Below are positions 1 to 19,874 of a DNA stretch of 25,338 nt, piece after piece. The first letter of the stretch is position 1. The number at the start of each line of letters is the position of its first letter. A model generated the notes under the pieces. It was not told the origin of the DNA and searched no databases. It saw nothing but the letters and a program-made list of their open reading frames with translations. Origin of the DNA: Macrostomum lignano (lineage: Eukaryota); NCBI GenBank assembly GCA_002269645.1, contig NIVC01004062.1:1-25338 (forward strand). The letters run 5' to 3'. A program made the translations under genes and the position numbers.

Positions 1-2874
1 AAGATATTTTCTCAACATTGGCGTATTACTATTATTCATATTTAGAAGTTGGACGCCCGCTTGCTGTTATTTACAACATCTAAATAGGGTTTCAAATTTC
101 TGTAAACTCAACTTATCAATAGACAGACAATCCGCTACTTGTTAAACTTCATACATTGTTCACACCAATTTGTTTGTTTACGTTTGTTCAATTATACTTT
201 GCCTATACTAATAGTAATTGCGCTAATTTCTTTAATTTACGAGGTATGTCTGTTAAAATCTTATTATTGTTGTTTTCATTATAACTACTGTAATCATTGT
301 TTTGATGCACAAATTTCGAGAGAAAGAATTATTAATTGTTTATTTAGTATTGTTGTAATCGTCAACCAAAAAAATGAGATAACTGCCGCCGCTTTCATGT
401 ACTCGTTCTGCTTATTGTTATTTTTGTCCAGCCATTAACTACACAACATGTTATTAACTGTTGGCTATTACTCGCCGTATAAAATTTAATCTGTGTGCCA
501 CTCAGACTGTGCTCACTTGAGCAGAATAAACTATATGTATACAGTTAGAATAAATTATATCAAAGTCAACAGGGAGAGACGGTGACAGTCCCTTGTGCGC
601 CCTTTGCCTTTGAAAAATGAGTCTTTCTCCTTGCCAGTTTAGCCTAGACTCAATAGCAGCAGTGCGCCACTGTGGTTAACCAGCTCGTTTCTCTTTGCAA
701 ATTCATTGGAATGCAACAAATTAGCAGAAGCATTTCCTTTCTTTAAATATATCGATTGCTGAAGCTTTCGGGTCTTTGAATTGAGTTATTTAGTTGGCGC
801 TATTAAAGAGATAATAAGGGAAAGTATGCCAGTCACGGCCAGGTAGCCAAATATCCGAGTCTATTGTAGCATCTAGCTAACTGTCCCGGGTGGCAACCGT
901 GTGTTTAAACTCGCCTGTTAAAGTCTAAATTATCTATAGTCAATAATTTTGATAGTCTCAACTAACTAGTAAGTCCCAAACTAATAAATGTGCCTAACGC
1001 TCGATATTTTTATAATTATTAAATAAATCTTAGGCTTTGGTGTTCATTTTTTATCAAATTCGTATTTTATTACTAACCACAGTAGCGTGTACGCCTTCGA
1101 TAAATCAAATGCTGCACATATTTAATTATTTTGCATTTGAATCGCGTTGGAATTAGAAGCGAAAAATGCTTTTTGTTACTTGACCTGGAATTGGATATCT
1201 AATAGTGCAATTCACTGCGTCTGTAATCCGTTTCATTCCCAATATACTTAGGCTCGCTTTATTCAATTTATTTCAATAATACTGTAACCATGCGCGTTAG
1301 AGGCCGTCTGCGGTCTGCAATTTCTCTATTTCTACTGGGTGCTCTTACACTCCGACCTTTGCTTTGTGTAATACTAACAGTAATAATTTACGAGTATGTA
1401 TGCAAGTTAATGCTGTCTTCTTCTGCCAGTCAGCTTTGCTGCTTTTCCAGCTTACCTTTCAACCTGGTTGTTTCAAATTCAGTTTTTCTGTGCTCGGTTT
1501 TTAAAAAAGAATTTTCCGTTGCCTGTTGATTGTGTGTTTTCTGCGGCTCATTAACCAATTAATAAGTTAGGGCTTTTACTTCCTTTATAATTATGCTACT
1601 TATCTGTTTTATTAGTAGTATGTGTGTGTGTTTATTTTCTCTTTTTAAACAGCGTTTTTTTTGTAAATACTCTAGTATCCCTTGCCATCGCGCTGGGCAA
1701 AGCGCTGTTGAGGTTTTTCTTTGCTAATTTATTTTTTATTTTGAAAGCTGGAAATTCGATCGTCTATTTGAGCAGATGGCAGAATTGAGTAGTTCATGGG
1801 CTGTTGCACAATTTGTTACATTTATTCGCTTGTTTCTCTCTCGATTTCTGTAGAAGCTTAAGCACAAGCCTGGCCCAGTTTATTAATTAATTGCCTAACC
1901 CGTTTACTTCCAATCCAGACCGTTGGTTTTCTATTTTTATTATAAAGCGCGCCCAATTCTTGCAAAAGTTGTCTTTGTTCGCTAACCAAGTTTCTATTAG
2001 TTTAAACAAATCAAATTTTCCTGGGCTGGGCAATGCGCCCGCTCTAAGATGCGCCGTTTTCTAATATATTCGATCTGTGTGTTTGCGCTTCTGTTTTCGC
2101 CGCGATCGCCTAATTAATTATTAGTTATCTCAATTTAGTAAGTCTGCTAGTTTTGTCGATAATCAATGTCGATAAATAAAAAGTTACTGAATCCGCGAAA
2201 TTCTCCGGGCTGTTTAATTACTATTGATTAGTTTAATTATTAAATTACGATTTAATGACGGCTTATTAGTTTGATTTTGTTCAATTTTATGAGAACTCGC
2301 GTCTCAACACAGTCTCTACCGCTGATAATAATCGGCAAATTTTAGACTAGCTATTAGCCAGCAACACTTGTCGAGCTCTAGTGTCATGTCGAGTACATAG
2401 TTTAGTTGCAGTGACAAAGAGATGGGCGCTAGTGTTGTAATTGTAAATAATATTTCTGCAATCTGCTGGCAATTTACACCCGGCAATTTTGTGGCCTCGC
2501 CCAAGACCATGGAAATGGGGCGAAACCGCTTCATTTAGTGTTTCCTAAACTGTAAGATTAAAAAACCGCTCGTCTCCGGTCTGTTTAATTTTATTTCAAC
2601 CCTCAATGTACAGTGCGGGTTAATGTACAGCGAAGCTGAGAGTGTACATTTGGTTTGGGGGTCGGAGGAAGCCCTTTGCTTGTTGGAGTTTCCGTCACTC
2701 GCTACACGCGTGTTAGCTTGGGGGCAACCCCAGGTCCTCTCCGTGTACAGTTCAGTTTAAGGACAAAATAGCTCACAAACCAGCGCAGGCCAATGCCGGC
2801 CCGATGGGGCAGAGATTCACGTTCAAGGTCGGGGAATTCCAAACTCTCCAACCCCCTCAGCCCGCTCCAGCGCC

Positions 2875-2908
2875 TATAAAAGAAGGCAGGTTTTGCCCTG
2901 TCAGGGTC
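2875..2908 (+). promoter_or_regulatory. Candidate TATA box (TATAAAAG) with an Inr-like TCAG ~28 nt downstream; possible MTHFR core promoter
   Basis: TATAAAAG at 2875-2882 and TCAG at 2901-2904, ~250 nt upstream of the ATG; motif match only. Confidence 0.3.
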
Positions 2909-3129
2909 TCGTCTGCCTCAGCTATTCTCGCCTCCTCTTCACTATCTCGCTTGCATAGGGAGGGCTTTATATCCACACACACGCTCGTACCCTAGATCAA
3001 CAACCACCCCACTCCTTCCAGCTGTCTGTGTAAGCGCGCCCCCTGATCCAATTGTCCTTGTTATCCTTAAAGCAATACTCGGGTCAGTAGCGCAGCTTCT
3101 TGTTTAGGTCTCTTAGAGGGCCAGACGCA

Positions 3130-3849
3130 ATGGAGTCCCAACAGAATGGTCACGCCTATGAGTCCGATGCTCCAAAAATTCTGTGCCGCGTCTCCAGCGG
3201 CGACAGTTCCAGTAGTGCCAGCAATGCAACTGAAATGAACGATTGCCACGATAGCCGGCCACACTCGCCGGTACTGCCCATTGCCCAGTACCGGCCGTTG
3301 ATCAGCCGGATTAATCGACGCATCGAGAAGGGCAAGCGCTGGTTCTCTTGCGAATTCTTTCCGCCCCGAACGGCTAGCGGAGCCGTCAACCTCCTGTCCA
3401 AGTTTGACAGATTTGCCAAGGGTCGCCCGCTGTTCTGCGACGTCACCTGGCATCCGGCCGGCAATCCGATGAGTGATGCGCCGACCTCTTCAATCATGGT
3501 GGCCTCCGCCATGCTCAACTACAGCGGCATCGACACTATGCTACACGTGACCTGCGTTGGCTTGCCGGAGGAGCGAATGACCGCTGCGCTGGAGAGGGCC
3601 AAAGGCCTCGGCCTGAAAAATATTCTGGCATTGCGCGGCGACCTGCCCGAAGCGCCCGAGGACGGAGCCGGAGGCAGCGGCGACGTCAGCAATGGTGACC
3701 TGCTTGGCGACTTCAAGTACGCTGTAGATTTGGTTCGCTTTATCCGGAAGCGCTACGGCAGTTTCTTTAACATCTGCGTGGCCGGCTATCCGACCGGACA
3801 TCCTGAGGCGTCCAGCTATGCTGATGACTTGCTCAGGCTCAAGGAGAAG
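3130..3849 (+). CDS. MTHFR: MTHFR exon 1 (Ser-rich N-terminus and first part of the catalytic barrel)
   Basis: ATG at 3130 in ORF 3100..3903; donor AAG|GTGAGA at 3849/3850. Confidence 0.9.
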
Positions 3850-4735
3850 GTGAGAACCCGCAATCTCGTCAAAAGCTTTTCCCTGGAAGAAGTACTTGTG
3901 TAAGCATCGGGTTTGATAGCGGCGCCCACTGAGGCATCAGGGGACAGTAGCGGCGCTCACTGAAGCATCAGGGACAGTAGCGGCGCCCACTGAAGCATCA
4001 GGGGACAGTAGTGGCGCCCACTGAAGCATCAGGGGACAGTAGTGGCGCCCACTGAAGCATCAGGGGACAGTAGTGGCGCCCACTGAAGCATCAGGGGACA
4101 GTAGTGGCGCCCACTGAAGCATCAGGGGACAGTAGCGGCGCTCACTGAAGCATCAGGGGACAGTAGCGGCGCCCACTGAAGCATCAGGGGACAGTAGCGG
4201 CGCCCACTGAAGCATCAGGGGACAGTAGTGGCGCCCACTGAAGCATCAGGGGACAGTAGTGGCGCCCACTGAAGCATCAGGGGACAGTAGTGGCGCCCAC
4301 TGAAGCATCAGGGACAGTAGTGGCGCCCACTGAAGCAGGAGCGGCGCCTATCAAACGATCTAAGTCTCGTTAATTAATGCTTCGTCAAAGCTCTCATAAA
4401 CAAAAGTTAAGACATAACGGCAATGGAAAATTCCACCCGCTCGCTCTGTGTGAGAAACGGGGAATACCCAAGGCGAGGGGCTCCACCAGCGGGGTTTCCA
4501 ACTTAAAAGCTCTTGGCAGACTGACAATCGGAGCCGCGTGTCCCTTAGTGGGTTATTATTAGACATTTCAGCCCTGATTAGATAACAGCTTTTTTAAGGC
4601 GCTCAGGGTCAGAAAGGGGTAAACAGGACAGAATGGCCTTGAAGTGCTTTATTGACTTGTCTTGCTCTCTTGCGTCTCCTATCTCTTCGGTTTCTCATAC
4701 TCTCCCATGTTACTCTGATCTCCCTGTTTGTATCC

Positions 4736-4766
<31 letters not shown>

Positions 4767-4800
4767 AATCTATCAATCTATCTATCTATCTGTCTATCTG

Positions 4801-4874
<74 letters not shown>

Positions 4875-4875
4875 C

Positions 4876-4906
<31 letters not shown>

Positions 4907-4948
4907 AATCTATCAATCTATCTATCTATCTATCTATCTGTCTATCTG

Positions 4949-5022
<74 letters not shown>

Positions 5023-5069
5023 CATCTATCTATCTATCTATCTATCTGTCTATCTATCTGTCTATCTAT

Positions 5070-5159
<90 letters not shown>

Positions 5160-7948
5160 ATCTATCTATCTAACCATGGCAGGTGGACGCTGGAGCCGAC
5201 TTCATCATAACGCAGCTTTTCTTCGAAGCCGACACTTTTCTTAAGTTCCAATCCGACTGCCGGCAGCTGGGAATCCGGTGCCCAATCATTCCTGGCGTGC
5301 TGCCAATCCAGGCCTACCAGTCGCTGCGCCACATTGTGAAGCTGTCCAAGCTGGCCGTGCCTGACGAGATCATCCGCACGATCGAGCCGATCAAGGAGAA
5401 CGACGAGGCTATTCGAAATTACGGCATTTTCCAGTGCACGCAGCTCTGCCGGAAGCTTCTGGAGAGCGGCGAAGTTCACGGTGAGCTGCTAAATGGAACT
5501 GAATGAAATTGTTTGCTGAGGCTGCCCCATTTTTCTTCCGGGCGGTCAGTCTTTGATTTTGAATTTGCTTCCATTTGGATACAATTTGTGCAGACGATGA
5601 ATCTCAACATACATGCGCAACAGTCGGCCGAGTCGGCCGATTCGGCCGACCGATTTGGCGGCCAACCAAGGAAGTCGCAAAAATACCCACCCAAAAATTT
5701 ACCTAAGTAGTAGTACTAAGTAGCTGACGAGGCATTTTGGCTTAATAAGACAGTTATAGTTACTCCTGCCGTTTACCCAAAGTTGCGTTTATTTTGCTTT
5801 AGAGTTTTTTGATGTGTAAGTCGCATTTTTGGCCAAAAACTACGTCGCATTTTTGTTAAAACTAAGTCGCATGGCCGACCGAATTTTGGAGGTTGCGCAT
5901 GTATGAATCTCAATTATTACTTAATTCATTTCTTACTTGAAACTTTCTGATACTTCTACCGTTAGTAAAGTCCATCGAAAATACGAAATGCTCAAGTCAA
6001 AACCTTGGAGAAGAGACACAAACCTTGAGCGGGCCGGAGTTTGCCGACTCCTGAGCTAGTACAACTACAAGAGCTCAAACTGATTATTCAATTACCACTC
6101 ACCTTTGCAGGTATTCACTTTTACACGCTTAACCGCGAAGTGGCCACAATTGAAATTTTGCGCAATATCGGTCTTTGGCACGAGGACCTGCCCAGGCCGT
6201 TGCCATGGAAACACTCGGCGAATCACGAGCGGTGCGGCGAACTCGTCCGGCCGGTTTTCTGGTCCAACCGGCCAACCAGCTACGTGCACAGGACTCTGCA
6301 TTGGGAAGAATTTCCTAATGGTCGCTGGGGCGGCCAGATGCGCCTGCTTTTGGCGAGCTCAAGGACTATTACCTGTTCTATCTTACCGGTGAGTCGGCGT
6401 GTGTCGGACTCGCAGCCTTTGCGTCTTGGCTTGTAACTTGGAGCTCTGACTCTGGAATTAGGACCCTAGACACAAGCTCCGACCCTGAATCTAGGACCCT
6501 AGACACAAGCTCCGACCCTGGATCTATTGATACTCGTATTACCCTAGACACAAGCTCCGACCCTGGATCTATTGATATTACCCTAGACACAAGCTCCGAC
6601 CCTGGATCTATTGATATTACCCTAGACACAAGCTCCGACCCTGGATCTATTGATATTACCCTAGACACAAGCTCCGACCCTGGATCTAGGACCCTAGACA
6701 CAAGCTCCGACCCTGGATCTAGGACCCTAGACAAAGCTCCGATCCTGTATCTAGGAACTTAGACACAAACTCTGGCCCTGTATCGAGTGTCTAGGACCCT
6801 AATCACGAATAAGAAAAGTTGAATGTCTGACACCTCAATAAAACCAGTTCGCGCTACCAAGAAGGACCGGCTAAACATGTGGGGCGAACAGCTGGCCAGC
6901 GAGAGAGACGTCTGGCGGGTGTTCGTCAATTTTGTATCCGGTGAGCCCAACGCCAATGGCTTCCGCGTCACTCGGCTGCCCTGGAGCGACGAGGAGCTTC
7001 AGCAGGAGAGCCGCGCCATTCGCGACCAGCTGGTCGCGCTCAATAGCCGCGGCGTGCTCACCATCAACTCGCAGCCGAATGTCAACGGCCTGCCTAGCGG
7101 AGACTCAACCTACGGGTGGGGCGGACCGGGCGGATACGTCTATCAGAAGGCCTACCTGGAGTTCTTCCTGCCCGGCCAGTTTCTTGCCGCGCTTGAGGTG
7201 AGTTAAAATTCCAATTGGCTCAATGCTAATTACATTATTTTTTGCTGTATATGTACGGAAATCGGCCTGGGGCCAACCCTCAGTGCGCAGAGAGTGTACA
7301 TGCCCGACGATTAGAACGTATCCTTCTCGCTGGCTGAGAGTCCACTGTCGCCTTGATTTACAGCAGTGCCCAATGCCCCATACACAAACTATTTTACTAG
7401 CGAGATTTGTCTTAGTATGATCCAATGGCTCTTTGTTGGAGGAAATATTTATTTATTGCGTGGAAAGACACTTCGGGCCTTCAGGGTGTGCAATTTGTGT
7501 GAAAATATTAATGATGAACCCTACTCCATATGACATTCTCTTATAAACTGCCATCCCCGCAACATTCCAGCAAGTTCTGGACCGCTTCAGTCCCCGGGTC
7601 AACTACCAGATTGTGAACCGGGAGGGCACGGTGAACCGGCTGAACTTCAGCCAGCAGGAACCAATCGCGCTCACCTGGGGCGTCTTCCCCGCCTCGGAGA
7701 TCATCCAGCCAACCGTGTGCGATAATGGCGCCTTTATGGCCTGGAAGGACGAAGCGTTCGGCCTGTGGACGCAGGAGTGGGCCAATCTGTACCCGGAGGG
7801 CTCCGACAGCCGGCGGATCATCCAGGGCATCGCCGAAGACTACCTGCTGGTCACTCTGGTGGACAACGAGTTCCCGGCCGAGAACTGCCTCTGGTCGGTG
7901 GTGGAGCAAGTCCTGACCACTCAGTCGCAGCAGGGCGCCTTAGTTTGA
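3130..7948 (+). CDS. MTHFR: Methylenetetrahydrofolate reductase (eukaryotic type, catalytic + SAM-binding regulatory domain). Exons 3130-3849, 5183-5480, 6111-6388, 6848-7197, 7571-7948; ~674 aa once a 1-nt frameshift at ~6327-6336 is corrected
   Basis: Recognisable MTHFR motifs: [40 protein letters not shown]|[97 protein letters not shown]. All four introns are GT-AG with matching phases (0,1,1,0). Confidence 0.96.
3918..4337. repeat. 31-bp minisatellite, ~13 units, in MTHFR intron 1
   Basis: Unit AG(C/T)GGCGCCCACTGAAGCATCAGGGGACAGT; period 31 checked at 4021/4052. Confidence 0.95.
4731..5172. repeat. (TCTA)n microsatellite ending ~10 nt before the exon 2 acceptor
   Basis: Directly visible, with occasional TCTG/TCAA/TCCA variants. 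Confidence 0.98.
5183..5480 (+). CDS. MTHFR: MTHFR exon 2
   Basis: Acceptor GGCAG| at 5182; reads [14 protein letters not shown]...GEVH; donor CACG|GTGAGC. Confidence 0.93.
5608..5905. mobile_element. 298-bp non-autonomous DNA transposon (MITE), hAT- or P-superfamily-like, in MTHFR intron 2
   Basis: Perfect 14-bp TIRs CATACATGCGCAAC (5608-5621) and GTTGCGCATGTATG (5892-5905); 8-bp TSD AATCTCAA at 5600-5607 and 5906-5913; repeated subterminal motifs GGCCGACCGA and (A/C)GTCGCA. Confidence 0.88.
6111..6388 (+). CDS. MTHFR: MTHFR exon 3 (contains the apparent frameshift)
   Basis: Acceptor TTTGCAG| at 6110; [10 protein letters not shown]...NGRWG in one frame, [17 protein letters not shown] in another; donor ACCG|GTGAGT. 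Confidence 0.88.
6461..6775. repeat. Minisatellite in MTHFR intron 3 (core ACCCTAGACACAAGCTCCGACCCTGGATCTA, units ~33-42 bp)
   Basis: About 8 visible copies with two spacer variants. Confidence 0.9.
6848..7197 (+). CDS. MTHFR: MTHFR exon 4
   Basis: Acceptor ACCAG| at 6847, phase 1, giving [17 protein letters not shown], same spacing as recalled human YLKSKSPKEELLKMWGE; donor GAG|GTGAGT. Confidence 0.9.
7571..7948 (+). CDS. MTHFR: MTHFR exon 5 (terminal)
   Basis: Acceptor TTCCAG| at 7570; [16 protein letters not shown]...LVDNEFP...QGALV, TGA at 7946-7948. Confidence 0.92.
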   Translation, partial: QVLDRFSPRVNYQIVNREGTVNRLNFSQQEPIALTWGVFPASEIIQPTVCDNGAFMAWKDEAFGLWTQEWANLYPEGSDSRRIIQGIAEDYLLVTLVDNEFPAENCLWSVVEQVLTTQSQQGALV

Positions 7949-8190
7949 GCTGCGGGCTGCTGATTTCCAAGCAGCTGATGCTCCACACATCGGGACTGGA
8001 ATGATTTTGAACTTTTTATTTTTAGCCATCCAATCAGTGAATAGAATGAGGAAGGGTTGGTACTGAGGTGGTTGGCTAATGGCTGAATCGGGCAGCCAAT
8101 CAGCTAGCAGAATGGGGAAGGGTTGGGAGTGAGTTGGCTGGTTAAGAGCTCCAAATTGTCCAACCAATGAGATCATAGAGAAGGGTTCGT

Positions 8191-8224
8191 CTAACCCTAA
8201 GCCTAACCCTAACCCTAACCCTAA
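8191..8224. repeat. Short interstitial telomere-type (CCCTAA)n tract
   Basis: CTAACCCTAAGCCTAACCCTAACCCTAACCCTAA. Confidence 0.8.
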
Positions 8225-9086
8225 AAGTGTCTTAGACTTTTTAAAGATATAACGTATATTGAAAAAATTGTTACTGATTTTACCCTAGCTAGTTGAGAAA
8301 TCAGTATGAGGATGGAACGAAAATTATAGAAAACATCAACTAATGAATCGTTTTTCGTTCCATCCTTTACGAGCGTACAGGGGCTGTAAATCTGCTTCCA
8401 TGTTTCGTGTCGCCTATACTCAGTTTTGCATTGTGAAACGCCCCTAACTTTTAATTATAGCTTGTATTTTACCTGCCTCTCCTTTCGGCGCCTTCAACAG
8501 AATTAAGTAATTTCTGCAACTAACATGCGTTCATATAAATCAATCTTCTTCAAGCTTGAGAATCAGGCTTCGGCCGAGGGAAATGCGTCATTGAAATAAA
8601 GAAATTGCCAGTTTTATATTTTGTAATAGTTAATTATTCGGCAGTAACTCATACCACACTGTGGCTGATTTTCGGAGCCGTGAATCTTGGCATTCTGCTC
8701 ACTTCTACCAAGTATGGCGATTGCTCTCATCCATAGCATTGCGCAACTCGCTGTACAAAGACTCTATTGCCTAGTCTTTGTATCAATTCGATCAACACGC
8801 ATCACTACAATATGCATGCCTTACAAGTCTAAAGTAATTGTCAAGTACAACCCTAAACTTTCTTTTTTAGTGCGTTTCTTTAAAAGTTCTATATTTCCGC
8901 TTACAAATTTATTGCACCTACCGATTCCGAAATGCTAAACGTATGCGTATCAGTGCTAAACGTGTGCCCGGCTCTTGCGGCACCTGTGGCGGACACAAAT
9001 AATTATTTAATGTCAATGCGTATTTTATTACCGGCTAATCTATGCAAATTACGTTTTCCCTGCTTACTAGCTATTTATTCAATTTG

Positions 9087-9870
9087 AGCGATTCTCAGAC
9101 AGTGATACTGGGGGGTTAGGGGCGATTCTCAGACAGTGATACTGGGGGTTAGGGGCGATTCTCAGACAGTGATACTGGGGGGTTAGGGGCGATTCTCAGA
9201 CAGTGATACTGGGGGGTCAGGGGCGATTCTCAGACAGTGATACTGGGGGGTCAGGGGCGATTCTCAGACAGTGATACTGGGGGTCAGGGGCGATTCTCAG
9301 ACAGTGATACTGGGGGGTCAGGGGCGATTCTCAGACAGTGATACTGGGGGGTTAGGGGCGATTCTCAGACAGTGATACTGGGGGGTCAGGGGCGATTCTC
9401 AGACAGTGATACTGGGGGCTAGGGACGATTCTCAGACAGTGATACTGGGGGGTTAGGGGCGATTCTCAGACAGTGATACTGGGAGGTTAGGGGCGATTCT
9501 CAGACAGTGATACCGGTGGGTTGTGAGCGATTCTCAGACAGTGATACCGGTGGGTTGTGAGCGATTCTCAGACAGTGATACTGGGGGGTCAGGGGCGATT
9601 CTCAGACAGTGATACTGGGGGGTCAGGGGCGATTCTCAGACAGTGATTCTGGGGGTCAGGGGCGATTCTCAGACAGTGATACTGGGGGTTAGGGGCGATT
9701 CTCAGACAGTGATACTGGGGGGTTAGGGGCGATTCTCAAACAGTGATACCGGGGGGTTAGGGGCGATTCTCAGACAGTGATACTGGGGGGTTAGGGGCGA
9801 TTCTCAGACAGTGATACTGGGGGGTTAGGGGCGATTCTCAGACAGTGATTTTGGGAGGAAGGGTTGTGAG
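9087..9870. repeat. 34-bp G-rich minisatellite, ~23 units, between the convergent 3' ends of MTHFR and the DCST gene
   Basis: Unit GCGATTCTCAGACAGTGATACTGGGGGGT(T/C)AGGG; period 34 at 9088/9122. Confidence 0.95.
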
Positions 9871-9993
9871 GGATTTTCAGACAGCGATACGGGGAGTGCA
9901 ATTCCCAGAAAAATTTTTATCCTTCATAAGGTTCTCTAAAAGATGAAAATTAATAAATCTGTAGAAGCTCTTCTGTGAAGTTTGGACAATAGT

Positions 9994-9999
9994 TTTATT
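9994..9999 (-). terminator. Candidate polyadenylation signal AATAAA for the DCST gene
   Basis: TTTATT on + at 9994-9999, ~170 nt past the stop codon; motif only. Confidence 0.4.
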
Positions 10000-10167
10000 T
10001 TATCCTCGTACCCGCGTATCACTTCATGCGCAATTAATATGCTTAAATATATATATATTGAACCCAAAAGGACAGGCAGGATAGCTATGATAAACATAAT
10101 TTCACTATCTCAGTCAGGTATAAACTCTTCTAGTCACTTAGAAGTGACAGTGAAGGCCGTTGCACTA

Positions 10168-18740
<8,573 letters not shown>

Positions 18741-18970
18741 AACTGCTTTATGGGAAGCTTTTGTCTTTTATCCTAGCTAGCTCAGTTGATTGCGGTGGCC
18801 AAACTGCAGCTTGATGATGCGGCTCTCAGTTCGGGTTCCGACCATAGAATAACCATAGCTTCGTGCGTTCACTGCTCATTGACGAGCCTAAATTGAAGCT
18901 TTGGCTCTCAAGTATTGCACTAGCGTCTAGCTGAGATTGGAATTATTACACTAACTATCAATACTTTCCA

Positions 18971-19452
18971 TCTGGGGGATGCTTGCTATCTGGGGGATGC
19001 TTGCTATCTGGGGGATGCTTGCTATCTGGGGGATGCTTGCTATCTGGGGGATGCTTGCTATCTGGGGGATGCTTGCTATCTGGGGGATGCTTGCTATTTG
19101 GGGGATGTTTGCTATCTGGGGGATGCTTGCTATCTGGGGGATGTTTGCTATCTGGGGGATGCTTGCTATCTGGGGGATGCTTGCTATCTGGGGGATGCTT
19201 GCTATCTGGGGGATGCTTGCTATCTGGGGGATGCTTGCTATCTGGGGGATGCTTGCTATCTGGGGGGGTGTGCTTGCTACAGGTATTTGGGGGATGCTTG
19301 CTATCTGGGGGGGGGGTGCTTGCTACAGGTATTTGGGGGATGCTTGCTATCTGGGGGATGCTTGCTATCTGGGGGATGCTTGCTATCTGGGGGGGATGCT
19401 TGCTATTTGGGGGATGTTTGCTATCTGGGGGGTGCTTGCTATCTGGGGGGGG
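18971..19452. repeat. 18-bp minisatellite CTGGGGGATGCTTGCTAT, intergenic
   Basis: About 26 units. Confidence 0.95.
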
Positions 19453-19874
19453 GGAACGCGTGCTATCTTTTTTAAGGCTTTATTTGTTGTCTTTTTTTAC
19501 TTTTAGACAAAAGAGATTCACAGCAAACATCTGTTTCCGCGACAATTTTACTCGAATAAGGTGATTTATGAAAATGAAGAAGGAATCGGTTCTTAGGAAA
19601 ATGTTCCCTTTTTAATGGATTTGCGTGAATAATGGATTTGCTCCTTGCTTATTGGCCGCCCCAAAGGGGGGCACTAGGTCACTGGATTGCTAGTACTAGC
19701 CGTTTCTGAGGGACTTCTGCGCTAAAGCCTTGGTTCTTTGACAACTGAAGCTTATGTAATTCTGTGGGAAGGAAGGAAGGCAACAAATTAAGTATTATGT
19801 GCTTTAGGCAGTTTGCATTAACTGTAGAACTTAATGTGATGAGAATACGAACATCGAGCACAATTAATCAAAAC

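Noticed and set aside
1-2750. Short ORFs (139..438, 1290..1529, 2316..2534) and possible element remnants
   Set aside because: AT-rich, non-canonical starts or no motifs, composition unlike the GC-rich exons; no TIR/TSD pair found by eye.
3030-3107. Possible 5'-UTR intron of MTHFR (GTAAGC at 3030; AG at 3072 or 3107)
   Set aside because: Plausible, but there is no reading-frame constraint to test it; needs transcript data.
4633-5244. Long ORFs in (TCTA)n (LSIY repeats)
   Set aside because: Stop-free reading of a microsatellite inside MTHFR intron 1.
5723-5750. CTGACGA as a hammerhead ribozyme core (also CTAATGA at 8340)
   Set aside because: No stem II followed by GAAA and no matching stems I/III.
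8029-8170. CCAAT-box cluster and two-copy degenerate repeat as a promoter
   Set aside because: Lies just 3' of the MTHFR stop with no gene start nearby; too degenerate to assign.
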